From NCBI GenBank assembly GCA_963724465.1, contig CAVRUT010000003.1, positions 308,505 to 372,504 of the forward strand: a stretch of DNA of 64,000 nt. Reading direction: 5' to 3'. The stretch comes from an uncultured Acidobacteriota bacterium (lineage in GTDB: Bacteria > Acidobacteriota > Thermoanaerobaculia > UBA5066 > Gp7-AA6). The position numbers and the translations under genes were made by a program. Each line of letters opens with the position of its first letter. Within the stretch, counting starts at the first letter, position 1. Positions 24,101-34,399 of the stretch are shown here, piece by piece. Under the pieces are notes generated by a model. That model made no database searches. It was not told the origin of the DNA and worked only from the letters and a program-made list of their open reading frames with translations.

Positions 24101-27100
24101 ATCCGAATACAGGATCCGCGTCGCAAGCCGCTGGAAGAGATGCGCCTCGTCGGTCGAGATTCCGAGGTGGCGCAGCTGGACCTGCGCCTGCGTCCAGGCG
24201 AGGCTCGACACGCGATCGAAGGTAGCCGGGTCCTGGTACTTGCCGGCCAGTGCGAGCGCACTCTCCCGCGATTCCGCGACGACCGTCGCAAGATGCACGC
24301 GCACCGTCGCTCCGGGCGCCAGGCGCACCCGGCGGCGCAGGCTGAAAACGGGGTCGAGAACGGTGCCGGCCGTGTTCGAGAGCGGGCGCCGCTCCCCGAT
24401 CGCGATCGGATCCCGGATGCTGCGCCCGCGCCCGAGAAAGCGCGCCCGGTCGGTCTCGTACTGAACGGTGCCGATCTCGTCGCCCTGCGACGTCATCACC
24501 TGAGCTGCCCAGACCGGCGTCTCCCGGTCGCGCGGGCGGCGGCCGGCGAGCAGCCCTTCGACGGCCGGGACGAACTCGGTCTGGATAAAGAGGTTCGAAA
24601 AGGCGGGATGAGCCGCGTCTGCGGCCGGGGGCGCGAGAACGATCTCCGCGTAGGACGTCACCTCGATCTCGCGCGGGCGCGTCCCCCGGTTCGTCAGCGA
24701 CACCTGGCGCATCTCGGCATCGTCCTCCGTCGAGACGGCGACCCGGAGGCTGGTCGTGATCAAACCGTCGGTGCGGTGGATCTCCACGCGGTCTTCCGAG
24801 TAGACGGCCTCGTAAGCGTCGGGCTCGACTCCAGCCGGCTGATATCCGGCCGACCAGAACTTGCCGGACAGACCGTCGGCGATGAAGACGTAGGTTCCCC
24901 AGGGATCGCGGGTCGTGTCCTCGCGCCATCGCGTCACGTCGAGACCTCGCCAGCGGCTGTAGCCGGATCCGGCGGCGGTCATCATCACCGCGTACCGCCC
25001 ATTGGAGAGCAGGTGCGTGCGCGGCGTCGGGTCGTGCGGCGACCGAAAACGCCGCAGGACCGGCGGCACCTCGTCCAGCACGTGCAGATCGGTCCGCGCG
25101 TCGCCGGAGGCGGGGCGCGCGACTGCCACCGTGCGCGGTGTCCGCTCCTGGAGCAACAGCTCCGTCGCCTGGACGGCCGGCTCCGCGCCGAAGCGGCGGC
25201 GCATCGTCCTTTCGAGCAGCACATTGGCGAGCGCGACGATCGTCATCCCCTGGTGGTGGGCCATGTATGCCTTTACGACCTCCAGCTTCTCCCCCTCGGG
25301 TAGCCGCGACGCCGTGTAGTCGATCGATTCGTAGAAGCCGTACCGCCCGAGCGCGCCGACGGAGGCGAGCCGCCGGAAATTGGCGCTCGCCGCGACCGGC
25401 TCCACCATGGCGGCCAGGGCCGTCGCGTATGGAGCCACGACGAGGTCCTCGGCAAGCCCGCGCTTCAGGCCGAGGCCGCTGACGCCGAAGTTGGAGTACT
25501 GGTAGGTGAAATGGACGTCCCGCGCGTTGTAGGCCGCTTCCGAGACCCCCCAGGGAACGCCGCGCTCCTCCCCGTACTGGATCTGGCGTCGCACGGCGAG
25601 CCGATTGGTGTGCTCGAGCAAGCTTCCCGACGGCGCGTCGAGCAGGAGATCGGGCATCAGGTACTCGAACATCGAGCCGGACCACGACAGCAGCGCAGAC
25701 CCTCGTCCGACGGGCGTCAGGGGACGGCCGAGGTGAAACCAGTGTTCGACGGGCACGTCGCCGCGCGCGATCGCGACGAAGCTCGCCAGGCGCGCCTCGG
25801 AGGCGAGCAGATCGTAGTGGCCGGTGTCGAGGGCCCCTTCCTGCGGCCGGTACCCGATCGCGAAGAGGTCCCGCGGACGATCGTAGAGAAACGTGAAGTC
25901 CATGTCCGCGACGAGCCCGCCCGCGGCGCGAGCGATCGCGGCAAGGCGGCCTGCGAGCAGCTCCGCCGGTTCGAGAGATTCCTGCATCTGCCGGCAGTCG
26001 CGCGCGTGGCTCGTGATGCATTCGCCAAGTGCCAGCGCCCACTCCAGAGCCAGGCCAGCCCCGGACGGATCGGCTTCGTGGCTGAGAGCGTGCACGATGT
26101 CCACCAGTGTTTCGGCGCGCGCGGCCAGCGCCGTGAGGCGCGACGCCCACTCGGTCGGAGTCATCGGCACGGGAGCGAGCAGCACTCTGGCTTGGCGCAG
26201 GGCCTCCTCGAGCTGCCGGGAGGTGACGACATGGCCCCGCCCGCCACTCACCAGCGCGGTCGCCGAGCCGCGCAGGAGCTCCAGCTCGTCGCCGATACCT
26301 TCCAGGACGCGCCCGGTCATGACCGGCTCGCCGAGCCGTTCGAGACAGGCCTGCTTGAGCGCGATCAGGTGGGCGGCCAGGTTGCCGCTGTCGACCGTGG
26401 ACACGTACCGAGGCTCGAGCGGCGCGAGGTCGCCCGTGCCGTACCAGTTGTAGAGATGCCCGCGGAAGCGCTCGAGGCCCGCAATCGCGGCGAACGCCGC
26501 CTCCAGGCGGTCCACCATGTCCACGGTTCCGATCCAACCGAAGTCGTTCGCAGCGACCGTCGAGAGCAGAGCGAGGCCGATGTTCGTCGGCGACGTCCGC
26601 AGCGCGGCTTCCGGCTGCGGCACCTCCTGGAAGTTGTCGGCCGGCAGATGGTGAAACTCCGGACCGGCGAACCGCTCGAAGTACGCCCAGGTCCGCCGCG
26701 CGATCCCGCGAAACTGCTGCGCCTCTGCCGCGGAGAAGCGCATGGAGGCGGCCTCGCGGGGAGGCAGGCTGACCCACCGCGCGACCAGGGGCGACAGAAG
26801 CCAGGCGGCGATGAAGGGCGCGGCGTACGGCCAGGCGGCCGAGCCCGAGACGGCGACGAGAACGCTGGCGACCGCGGCCAGCAGGATCGCTCCCCGCATC
26901 CGGCGATAGAAGCCGGGCACCTCCAGATCGAGCGCGCGGTGTGCCTGCGCGGCCGGCACCCACTCGAGCAGGTGGCGCCGCGTGATCAAGAGACGCCACA
27001 GCGAGCGTGCGATCGCGTCCGACCTCACCCACGCCGAGTGCGCGAGAAAGACGACACGCAGCGCCGCTTGCGACAGACCGATGGCGAGATCCGTGGCCAC

Positions 27101-29722
27101 CCCGCGAAGGAAGCTCCTCTTGGCGACCCGGCGCCGATTCGGCCGAAGGTTCGAGAAGAAGGAAAGAAACGAGGGCAGGGTGAGGACGCACAGAACGAAG
27201 GCCGTCCACAACCCGGCGCCGACGCCCGTCAGGCACCAGGCGGCAAGGAGCGTCGCGAAGGTCGCCGGCGCCGAGAGGCTGCGCCGGAGGTTGTCGATCA
27301 TCTTCCAGCGCCCGATCACCGGAATCGCGTCGGCCGCGCGGGCCTCCGGCGAAGCCCGGGCCGTTCCGAGGATCCAGGGCAGCAGCTGCCAGTCGCCGCG
27401 GACCCACCGATGCTGGCGCGATACCGCCACCTCGTAGTGGCCGGGGAAGCCCTCGAAGAGCTCGACGTCCGAAACGAACCCGGCCCGGGCGAAGAGCCCC
27501 TCGAAGAGATCGTGGGAGAGCTGCGTGTTCTCCGGCACCCGGTCGTCGAGCGCCCGCTCGAACGCGTCCACGTCGTAGATTCCCTTGCCCGTGTAGATCC
27601 CCTCGCCGAAGAGGTCCTGGTACACGTCGGACACCGCGAAGGCATAGAGGTCGATGCCGCGAGGGCCCGAGAAGACGAGCTGGAAGAGCGTGCCCCAGCC
27701 CGTCTCGGGCAACGTGGGTGTCACGCGAGGCTGAAGGATGGCGTGCCCTTCGACGACCTGCGCCCCGGCCGGATCGAAGCCGGGCAGGTTCAGCGGATGG
27801 GCGATCGTTCCGACCAGCCGGCGCGCCGCCTCCCGCGGCAGGCGGGAGTCGGCGTCGAGGGTGATCACGTAACGAATGCCCGAGGGCGCTTGCGGAGCAC
27901 CCGGGTCGGGAGGCAGAAAGGACGTGTCCGTCGCGCCGCGCAGGAGACGGTTCAACTCGCGCAGCTTGCCGCGCTTTCGCTCCCAGCCCATCCAGACCCC
28001 CTCGCGCTCGTTCCAGAGGCGGCGGCGGTGGAGGAGCCAGAAGCGGTCGCCGCCTCCGGCGGCGGGGCCGTGCCGTTCGTTGAGCTGCCGAATCGCGGCG
28101 CGCGCGAGCTCGACGAGCGCCCCGTCCTCGGGAAGGCTCTCGACGGGCGCGTCGGGCCAGGTCCGACAGAAGTGCAAACCGCAGCTCGGGATCGGCATTG
28201 GCCAGGTAGTGCACTTCCAGCCTCTGGACCACCTCGTCGATCTCCGACTCGTCGGTCAGAAGCATCGGAATGACGACCAGCGCGCGCAGCTCGGCCGGCA
28301 CGCCGCCCGCGAGCTCGAGCTTCGGGAGGCGCCGGGGGCCCATGAGCCGCGTGACGAAGCGATGGACGAGCGCGATCGCGAGGTCGGACGCGGGCGCAAG
28401 CGCCGAGGAGAGCGAGCAGAACGACCGACGACGCGGCGAACGCCGGCGAGCGCGGTCAGGGCCGTCGGGCACCGCGAGCATGGCCAGCGTCGAGAGCACG
28501 ATCGCGGCCAGATACAGCGGGGTCGCCGCCCGAACCCAGACGCGCCGCAGCCATTGCCGGACCGGAACCCGGAAGTCGAGCTCCCGCTCGAGTCCGGAGC
28601 GTCCCTTCGCGATGAGGTAGTAGCCGGGGTCCCGGACGCGGGGATCGGCAGCCGCGGCGGATGCGTCTCCTCGCGCCGCGGCGCCTCGCCGCCATGGCCA
28701 CCGCGCGCCGCGCCACCTCGAGCTCGTCGTGGCGGGCTTCCCCGTGAGAGCTCCTCGACGGCATGGCGATACCGGTCGCGCGTCGGAAAGTCCATTTCGG
28801 CCACGCGGGTGCCCTCGCACAGGGCCTCGTGAACCAGGCTCACGCTCTCGAAGAAGTCGGCCCAATCGGCCGACGACAGAAGGCGCATGCTCGTGATGAC
28901 GTTGCGCACCGTCGCGTGGTTGGCAATCTGCGCCTGGTGCTCGACGTGAACGATGTCCTCCGCCGTCGTTCCCTCGCGCGCGAGCCGTCGGTCGAGCCAC
29001 TCGAGCGCGGGCGTGACCGCGGGATCCTGCTCGCGCAGCCTCTGGACGAGCTGGACCGCGAAAGCCTGCGAAAACGGGGCCTGCTCCAGCATCTGAAGCA
29101 CCGCGGCCGGCTCGGGCTTGGGTGTGCCGCCCGTACCGAGCAGCGCGTCGGCGATCGCGTCCGCCTGATCGCGCGCGACGCTCCGCGCGGCGATGCGCTC
29201 GGCCAGGCGCCGGAGATTCTCGACGAGCACGACTCGCAGCGAGATCGCCAGCGCCCAGAGCTCGCCGATCGTCAGCGGCTGGACCCGCTGATAGGCGCGG
29301 ACGAAACGGCGCGAGCGTCTCGAGCTCGATCCGGCTGTCGGTGTGCGCGACGAACGACCAGGCCAGCCCGTAGACGCGCGGGATAGCCTTCGAGCGGCCC
29401 GGAGGCGAGCTTGGGCAGCTCCCGATAGAACCCCGGCGGGAGGTCCTCCTGGATCTCTCGAACCTGCTCCTCGACGATGTGGAAGTTGTTCAGCAGCCAC
29501 TCGGCCGCGGGAGAGACCGCGCGGGTCTGGCGGCTCGCCTCCGCGATCGCCCGGTGCGACTCGGACGAGGACCCGCGCGTTCTCGCGCAGCCGCGGGAGC
29601 AGCCGCCGCCCGCGCCTCTTCCGGGGATGGACGACCTGTTCGGCCGCGAGCGTCCCGGCGAACTGCTCCAGATGCTCCGCCGAGAAGAGCTCTGCCCGAA
29701 TCGGGCCGGCGGGTGTCCGCAT
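21191..29722 (-). CDS. ndvB: cyclic beta-1,2-glucan synthase (Cgs/NdvB/ChvB-like, about 2,840 codons); N-terminal 1.5 kb frameshifted
   Basis: An uninterrupted 2,335-aa ORF (21191-28198) has a GT84-type glycosyltransferase core (..[25 protein letters not shown]..) and a C-terminal GH94 glycan-phosphorylase-like region. The N-terminal ~500 residues ([23 protein letters not shown].., ..[25 protein letters not shown].., ..[28 protein letters not shown]..) are recoverable from three minus frames between 28198 and 29722. Confidence 0.9.
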
Positions 29723-29743
29723 CAGCTCTCTTCTTACCACGGA

Positions 29744-29776
29744 CAAAAAAAATGCCGAGCCGCATGCCGGCTCGGC
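29744..29776 (-). terminator. intrinsic terminator downstream of the BON gene
   Basis: The minus strand reads GCCGAGCCGGCATGCGGCTCGGC followed by ATTTTTTTT. Confidence 0.75.
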
Positions 29777-29799
29777 GGGTAAGAGAGAATACGGGGAAG

Positions 29800-30126
29800 T
29801 CAGGCCGTCGGGGGCGACTTGACCTGAAGATTGTTGATGACCTGGACGACGCCGGAGACCTTACGGGCCTCGCTCTGCGCGTCGGCCTTGACCTGGGCGT
29901 TCGGAACCTCACCCGCCAGGGTCACGACGCCGTTGGTGACATTGATGTCGATGTTCACGATGTTCGAGAAGCGGGCGGACGTGAGCTTCGCCGATGAGAC
30001 GGCGGCGTGAATGGTCGTGTCGTCAATCTGGCGGCCCGCGGTCTGGGTCGTCGAGCAACCCGCGACCAGGAAGGCCAGGGTCAGAGAGACGGCAAGAGTC
30101 AGGATTCCTCGAGTACGACGATTCAT
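29800..30126 (-). CDS. BON-domain lipoprotein (OsmY-like)
   Basis: MNRRTRGILTLAVSLTLAFLVAGC lipobox, then ..VNIDINVTNGVVTLAGEVPNAQVKADAQSEARKVSGVVQVINNLQV (BON domain). Confidence 0.85.
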   Translation of the reverse strand: MNRRTRGILTLAVSLTLAFLVAGCSTTQTAGRQIDDTTIHAAVSSAKLTSARFSNIVNIDINVTNGVVTLAGEVPNAQVKADAQSEARKVSGVVQVINNLQVKSPPTA

Positions 30127-30212
30127 GGGTTCCTCTGATCTTTCGGAGCGGTTCCTTCGACCCGGCAAATCCGGATCAATCGGAGCCGCCAGTGGGAAGC
30201 GATTGCGGCCGC

Positions 30213-30365
30213 TCACGCGGTGAGGCGGCCTCCTCTCACCAGGTGCAGCACGATGGCGATGATCGCCAGCACGATGAGAACGTGAATGAGACCTGTCGAG
30301 ACATGAAACGCAAAGAAACCCAGAGCCCAGAGAACCAGTAGAACGATGCCGATCGTCATCAACAT
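30213..30365 (-). CDS. lmo0937-family small membrane protein (50 aa; below ORF-track cutoff)
   Basis: GGAGG RBS, then MLMTIGIVLLVLWALGFFAFHVSTGLIHVLIVLAIIAIVLHLVRGGRLTA. Two TM helices. The RBS overlaps the stop of the DsbA-like gene. Confidence 0.75.
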   Translation of the reverse strand: MLMTIGIVLLVLWALGFFAFHVSTGLIHVLIVLAIIAIVLHLVRGGRLTA

Positions 30366-30374
30366 GGGAACCTC

Positions 30375-31011
30375 CTATGCGCCTTGGCGCTTTCTTCGTG
30401 ACTTGCGATTCGCAGGGACCTCGTCTTCAACCCGATTCGACTCATCACCCGAGGCGGCCTGGAGTGCCGCGAGCAGGGTCGCCAGGCCGAAGGAGCTCTC
30501 GTGCCGGATGGAGTTGATGAAGAAGGCCGGCGCCTCCGCGACTCCGCTGCGGACGCCTCCCTCCCGGATGCTCCGGACCTTCTCGGCGTGGAGGTGGGCG
30601 CGCATCTCGCGCCGGAACCGAAGGAGGTCCAGGCCGGCCTCCGCGGCGCGCCTGGACGAGCCGATGTCCGTCCGTCGCAGCCTGGCTTTCGAACAGGGAG
30701 TCGTGCATTTCCCAGAACTTGCCCTGCGAGGACGCGCACTCCGCGGCCTCGGCCGCCTCCTCGGAGTGCCGGAATTGCTCGGGCTGGGGGAAGCTGCGGT
30801 AGACGTAGCGCAGGCGCGTGCCCATCTCTTTCTGGATCTTCTTGACCGTGCGGTACGTCTGCACGCACGCCGGCGACGCGAAGTCGCCGTATGCCACCAG
30901 CGTGGTCTTCGCGAGCGGCGAGCCGCGGGCGTGGTCTCTCGCCGAGACTTTCCGCGCGAGTCGTCGGGTTTGTCGCTTGGTTTTCACCGTGTGACCATCC
31001 ATGCCCGGCAT
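30375..31011 (-). CDS. DsbA-family thiol:disulfide oxidoreductase-like protein (frame change near 30650)
   Basis: ..TTLVAYGDFASPACVQTYRTVKKIQKEMGTRLRYVYRSFP..EAAECASSQGKFWEMHDSLF.. then, in a second frame, ..MRAHLHAEKVRSIREGGVRSGVAEAPAFFINS.. (DSBA-like thioredoxin fold). Confidence 0.75.
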
Positions 31012-31070
31012 GCGAACGTTCGGCCTGCGTGTCCGACATTCGGAACGGCCGAGCGCGCATCGCCGGACCC

Positions 31071-31145
31071 TGATCATGTCGGTCGCGGCCGCGCCGGGTC
31101 CAATCGTTTGTTTCGCTCGAGTTGAGACCCGCGAGCGATGGAGTG
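31071..31145 (-). promoter_or_regulatory. conserved promoter-like module, copy 1 (points to DsbA-like/lmo0937/BON genes)
   Basis: The minus strand reads CTCAACTCGAGCGAAACAAACGATTGGAC-N19-CATGATCA. The DsbA-like start is about 60 nt downstream. Confidence 0.6.
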
Positions 31146-31156
31146 ACGGCCCTGCG

Positions 31157-31590
31157 TCAGTCAGTCGCGGCGACGGCCCAGCGCTCGCGGAAATGCCGAT
31201 AGGTCGCCGCCAGGATGGCGACGGCCGGGATCACGAGGAAGATTCCCGCGAGCCCTCCCAGCTCCGCGCCGCACAGGATGGCAAGGATGATGGCCAGGGG
31301 ATGCAGGTGAACGCCTCTGCCGACGATCTTCGGGTACACGACGTAGTCCTGCACGACCCTGAGCACGACGAGGAAAGTGAGGACGGCCAGCACCTGCCCG
31401 AGCGAGTGGAATGCGGCAAGGTCGTGGCCACGAGGCCGACCGTCAGCGGGCCGGCCAGGGGAACGAATTCGAGCAGACCGGCCACAATCCCGAGCACCAC
31501 CGCGTAGGGGATGCCGATCGCGAGGAACCCGATCGTGCAGACCACGCCGATGAGCAGACAGGCCGTACCTGGGTCACGTTCGTTCGCCTC
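31157..31590 (-). pseudogene. AI-2E (PerM) family transporter, C-terminal ~140 codons only, with a frame change
   Basis: ..FLAIGIPYAVVLGIVAGLLEFVPLAGPLTVGL.. and ..LAVLTFLVVLRVVQDYVVYPKIVGRGVHLHPLAIILAILCGAELGGLAGIFLVIPAVAILAATY.. The N-terminal ~200 residues of the family are absent. Confidence 0.7.
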
Positions 31591-31635
31591 TGAGACTACA
31601 ATTTGGCATGTAAACATCCAGAGCCAACCCGATCC

Positions 31636-31692
31636 GATCATGTGGCCCCGGCTCTGTTTCGTTCGTGTCGAGACCTCGGAGCGATTGAAAGG
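31636..31692 (-). promoter_or_regulatory. partial/degenerate copy of the conserved module (copy 2)
   Basis: The minus strand reads CTCGACACGAACGAAACAGAGCCGGGGCCACATGATCGG. It keeps the CGAAAC and ACATGATC parts but lacks AACGATTGGA. It sits just upstream of the truncated AI-2E fragment. Confidence 0.4.
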
Positions 31693-31701
31693 GGAGGCTC
31701 C

Positions 31702-32678
31702 ATGGAGCTGCGGCACCTTCGCTACTTCGTCGCGGTCGCGGAAGATCTCCATTTCGGCCGCGCCGCGAACCGCCTGCACACCTCTCAGTCGTCCCTGAGC
31801 CAGCAGGTTCGGAATCTCGAAACCGAGCTCAAGGTCGACCTGCTGCGCCGCGTCAAGCGGCACGTCGAGCTCACACCGGCGGGAAGTCGGTTCCTTCAGG
31901 AGGCGCGCGGGATTCTGGCCGCGGCCGAGCGCGCGGCCGGGCTGGCGAGGGAGACGGCGCGAGAAGAGTCCCAGAAAATCGTCATCGGCATTTCGCCGGA
32001 GACGGACTGGGCGTTCCTGGGCAGGGCGCTCCGGCTCTTTCGCGGAGCACGCCCCGTCGGTCGAAGTCCTCTTTCAGAACCTCACGCCGGAGGCCCAGAT
32101 CGAGGCCCTCCACGGGGGCCGGATCGACATCGGCTTCGTGGGTCTTCCGATCGAGGCGGAGGGCATCGTCAGCGAAGTCACCGGACGCGAGCGACTCGTG
32201 GCCGCGATCCCCGAACAGCATCCGATGGCTCGCAACGAGACGCATCCGGCTGCGGGACTTGTCCGGAGAAGCCTACACGCTCTGGCCCCGGCACCTGTCG
32301 CCGGGCCGCTACGATCAGTTGCTGTCGATCTTTCGGCGGGCCGGATTCGGGCCGCCGATCGCGATGGAAGGGGGGCTTCCCTCGACCCAGACCGTCCTGG
32401 GAATGGTCGCCGCGGGTTTGACCGTTGCGCTCGTCGATCCTGCGATCGAGCAGAGGGCGATGCCGGGAGTCGTCTTCCGTCCGATCGAGGACCGCGGAGT
32501 GTTCACCGAATCCGGGGTGATCTACCGGCGGGAGGACCTCTCGCCGCTGCTGGCTTCTTTTCTCCACGAGGTCCGACTCACTCCTCGCCGGCGGGTGGAG
32601 TCCAAGGCCAGCGACGAGAAAGGGAAGGCGGCCTCGAAGCCTCGTCGTATCCCCGTCAGGGCTCGAAGCGTTCGATGA
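31702..32678 (+). CDS. LysR-family transcriptional regulator (two frame changes)
   Basis: GGGGAGG RBS, then MELRHLRYFVAVAEDLHFGRAANRLHTSQSSLSQQVRNLETELKVDLLRR (LysR HTH). The substrate-binding domain pieces lie in two further frames. Confidence 0.85.
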
Positions 32679-32715
32679 CCGCTCCCTGAGACCAAGCCCG
32701 GCAGAGGCCCCGCCA

Positions 32716-32747
32716 AGAAAAAAGCGCCGGGAGCTATCTCCCGGCGC
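32716..32747 (-). terminator. intrinsic terminator downstream of the secreted repeat-protein gene
   Basis: The minus strand reads GCGCCGGGAGATAGCTCCCGGCGC followed by TTTTTTCTT. Confidence 0.7.
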
Positions 32748-32773
32748 GTGCGAAACTGAGTGAAGAAGGCTGT

Positions 32774-33422
32774 TTAGGCCTTGTTCGGGTACGGAACGAT
32801 CGTCGTGACCTTGTCGCCACTGTCCGACTTCGTGAACGTGACCTTGACGCGCTCGCCGACGGTCACGGCATTCTTCAAGGCGGCCATGCCGGTCAGATCG
32901 AAGCTGTAGTCCTTGTCTTTGGGCCCTGTCACCTTGATCGACTTACCCACCTCGTACTCCTTGACGGTTCCGACGACGGTTTCCGTCTTCGTGCTTCGTG
33001 GTCGCTCCGGGCCGCTGTTCTTCGTGGTCGACTCCGAATGCATCTTCGGAGCGTCGGCCGCCGTCACCGCGTTGGCCGTGGCTTCCGAGACGACCGAGAC
33101 GCTTTCCTTGCCGTCGACGTCCCCTTGGTGTACTGGACCGTGGCCATCTGGCCGACGACGATCGTTCCCTCGACCCTGGCATTCTCGCCGAGGTCGAACG
33201 CAGTACGATTTGTCGCCGGGGCCGGAGAGCTTGATCTTCTTGCCGACCTCGTACTCCTTGACCGTTCCGGTCACGGATTGCGTCTCGGTCTTCAGGGTCG
33301 CTCCCGGGCCGGTCTGCTTGGTCGTCGTCGTCTCGACGGCCTTCTTCTCCGGCGTCTGAGCGATTGCCTGTGATGCCGGCCAGCAGGCAAAGACCGACGG
33401 CCGTTCCAATGATTCTCTTCAT
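32774..33422 (-). CDS. secreted protein with an internal duplicated ~70-aa module (frameshifted)
   Basis: MKRIIGTAVGLCLLAGITG signal sequence. Two copies of TxxVxGTVKEYEVGKxIKxxGPxDKxYxFDL...V.VG..V.V. The pieces lie in three minus frames. Confidence 0.65.
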
Positions 33423-33511
33423 GATTCTCAACCTTTCAAAGAGCGGACCGAAATTGGCCCGCGTACCGTGTCGCCGTCGGGACTCCGACAGGCTGAAGTG
33501 GTCGACGGAAG

Positions 33512-33585
33512 AGGCATGATCCTGCCTTGCCTGCCGTCGGGTCCAATCGTTTGTTTCGTCGAGACCGAGCGTTGAAACGGCCAAG
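33512..33585 (-). promoter_or_regulatory. conserved promoter-like module, copy 3 (points to secreted repeat-protein gene)
   Basis: The minus strand reads GTCTCGACGAAACAAACGATTGGAC-N19-GATCATGCC. The gene start at 33422 is about 90 nt downstream. Confidence 0.55.
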
Positions 33586-33600
33586 GAGCCGGCCCGGGGT

Positions 33601-34151
33601 CTAAGGCCTGAGGCTCGGGCCTCTCCACGCCCTGGCTTGCGCCAGGACCGGTCGCCAGTGAACGCGGCCGGACTCCCGGCTGCTGGAGGACAGGAGTCTC
33701 GCGGCATAGCGAAACAGCCTGGGTCCCCATGGTTGAAGCGGCTGAACCCTGGCCACGTCGGCGCAGTAATCGCACTGCGCGGTCCCATTGAGCGTCACGG
33801 CCGTCTTGTTGGATCGGCCGCAGTTCGGGCAGTTCCAGCCCCTGAGAGCGGTCTTCACAGAGCACCGACTGCACCGACGAGAGACTTCAATCTCGACGCG
33901 ATCAGGTTGCGGCTCCGGGCATCGGCCAATCCCCAGTCGGCCATTTCGGATCGAGTCGCTGTCGTCTTCCCCTTGAAGGCCAGAACGTTCGTCGTCCAGT
34001 GGCGAAGAATCGTTCCGGCGCGCGGCCGAACGGAGGGAACGCTGGCCAGGGCCGCGCAACTCACGCACGCCGTGACTCCATCCGGACGGGCGTCCGCATC
34101 CATCGGGCGTTTGCAGCTTGCGCACTTCGACTGTCGAGATTCGGTAGCCAT
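33601..34151 (-). CDS. zinc-ribbon protein, paralog A (one frame change near 33880)
   Basis: [43 protein letters not shown].. then, in a second frame, ..[49 protein letters not shown]. It resembles the protein at 36808-37140. Confidence 0.5.
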
Positions 34152-34399
34152 AGTCCATACCCCACTTTCTTCGCCGAGACCGGCGGCGGGCACTCGATTG
34201 TCTTGTGGAGTCGGTCCGTCGGAAGGAATCGGAAACCAAACACTATCACAGATGCCGACCACGACTCCGGGTCCTCGTCGAGGACGAATGCGGCAATCCT
34301 GTCGAAACGCGGACGGCGCCGCGTCAGGGCTGGCACGCCCCCGGCGGCCCGAGTGTCGGGCCAGTGGATCCCCCGCTTCGGTCGGGATGACACGCCCGG

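Noticed and set aside
22742-29000. Very long alternative-frame ORFs (853 aa plus strand, 2,022 aa minus strand) overlapping ndvB
   Set aside because: These are out-of-frame or antisense shadows of the 2,335-aa glucan synthase ORF. Their translations are Arg/Pro/Gly-rich strings without motifs. Only short parts of the 22932-29000 frame (about 28200-28650) are real ndvB sequence after a frame change.
34240-34330. Possible additional module copy upstream of zinc-ribbon paralog A
   Set aside because: Only the -10-like part resembles copies 4 and 5. The AACGATTGGA core is missing (GGCAATCC instead) and the spacing is about 19 nt longer. It is too degenerate to count.
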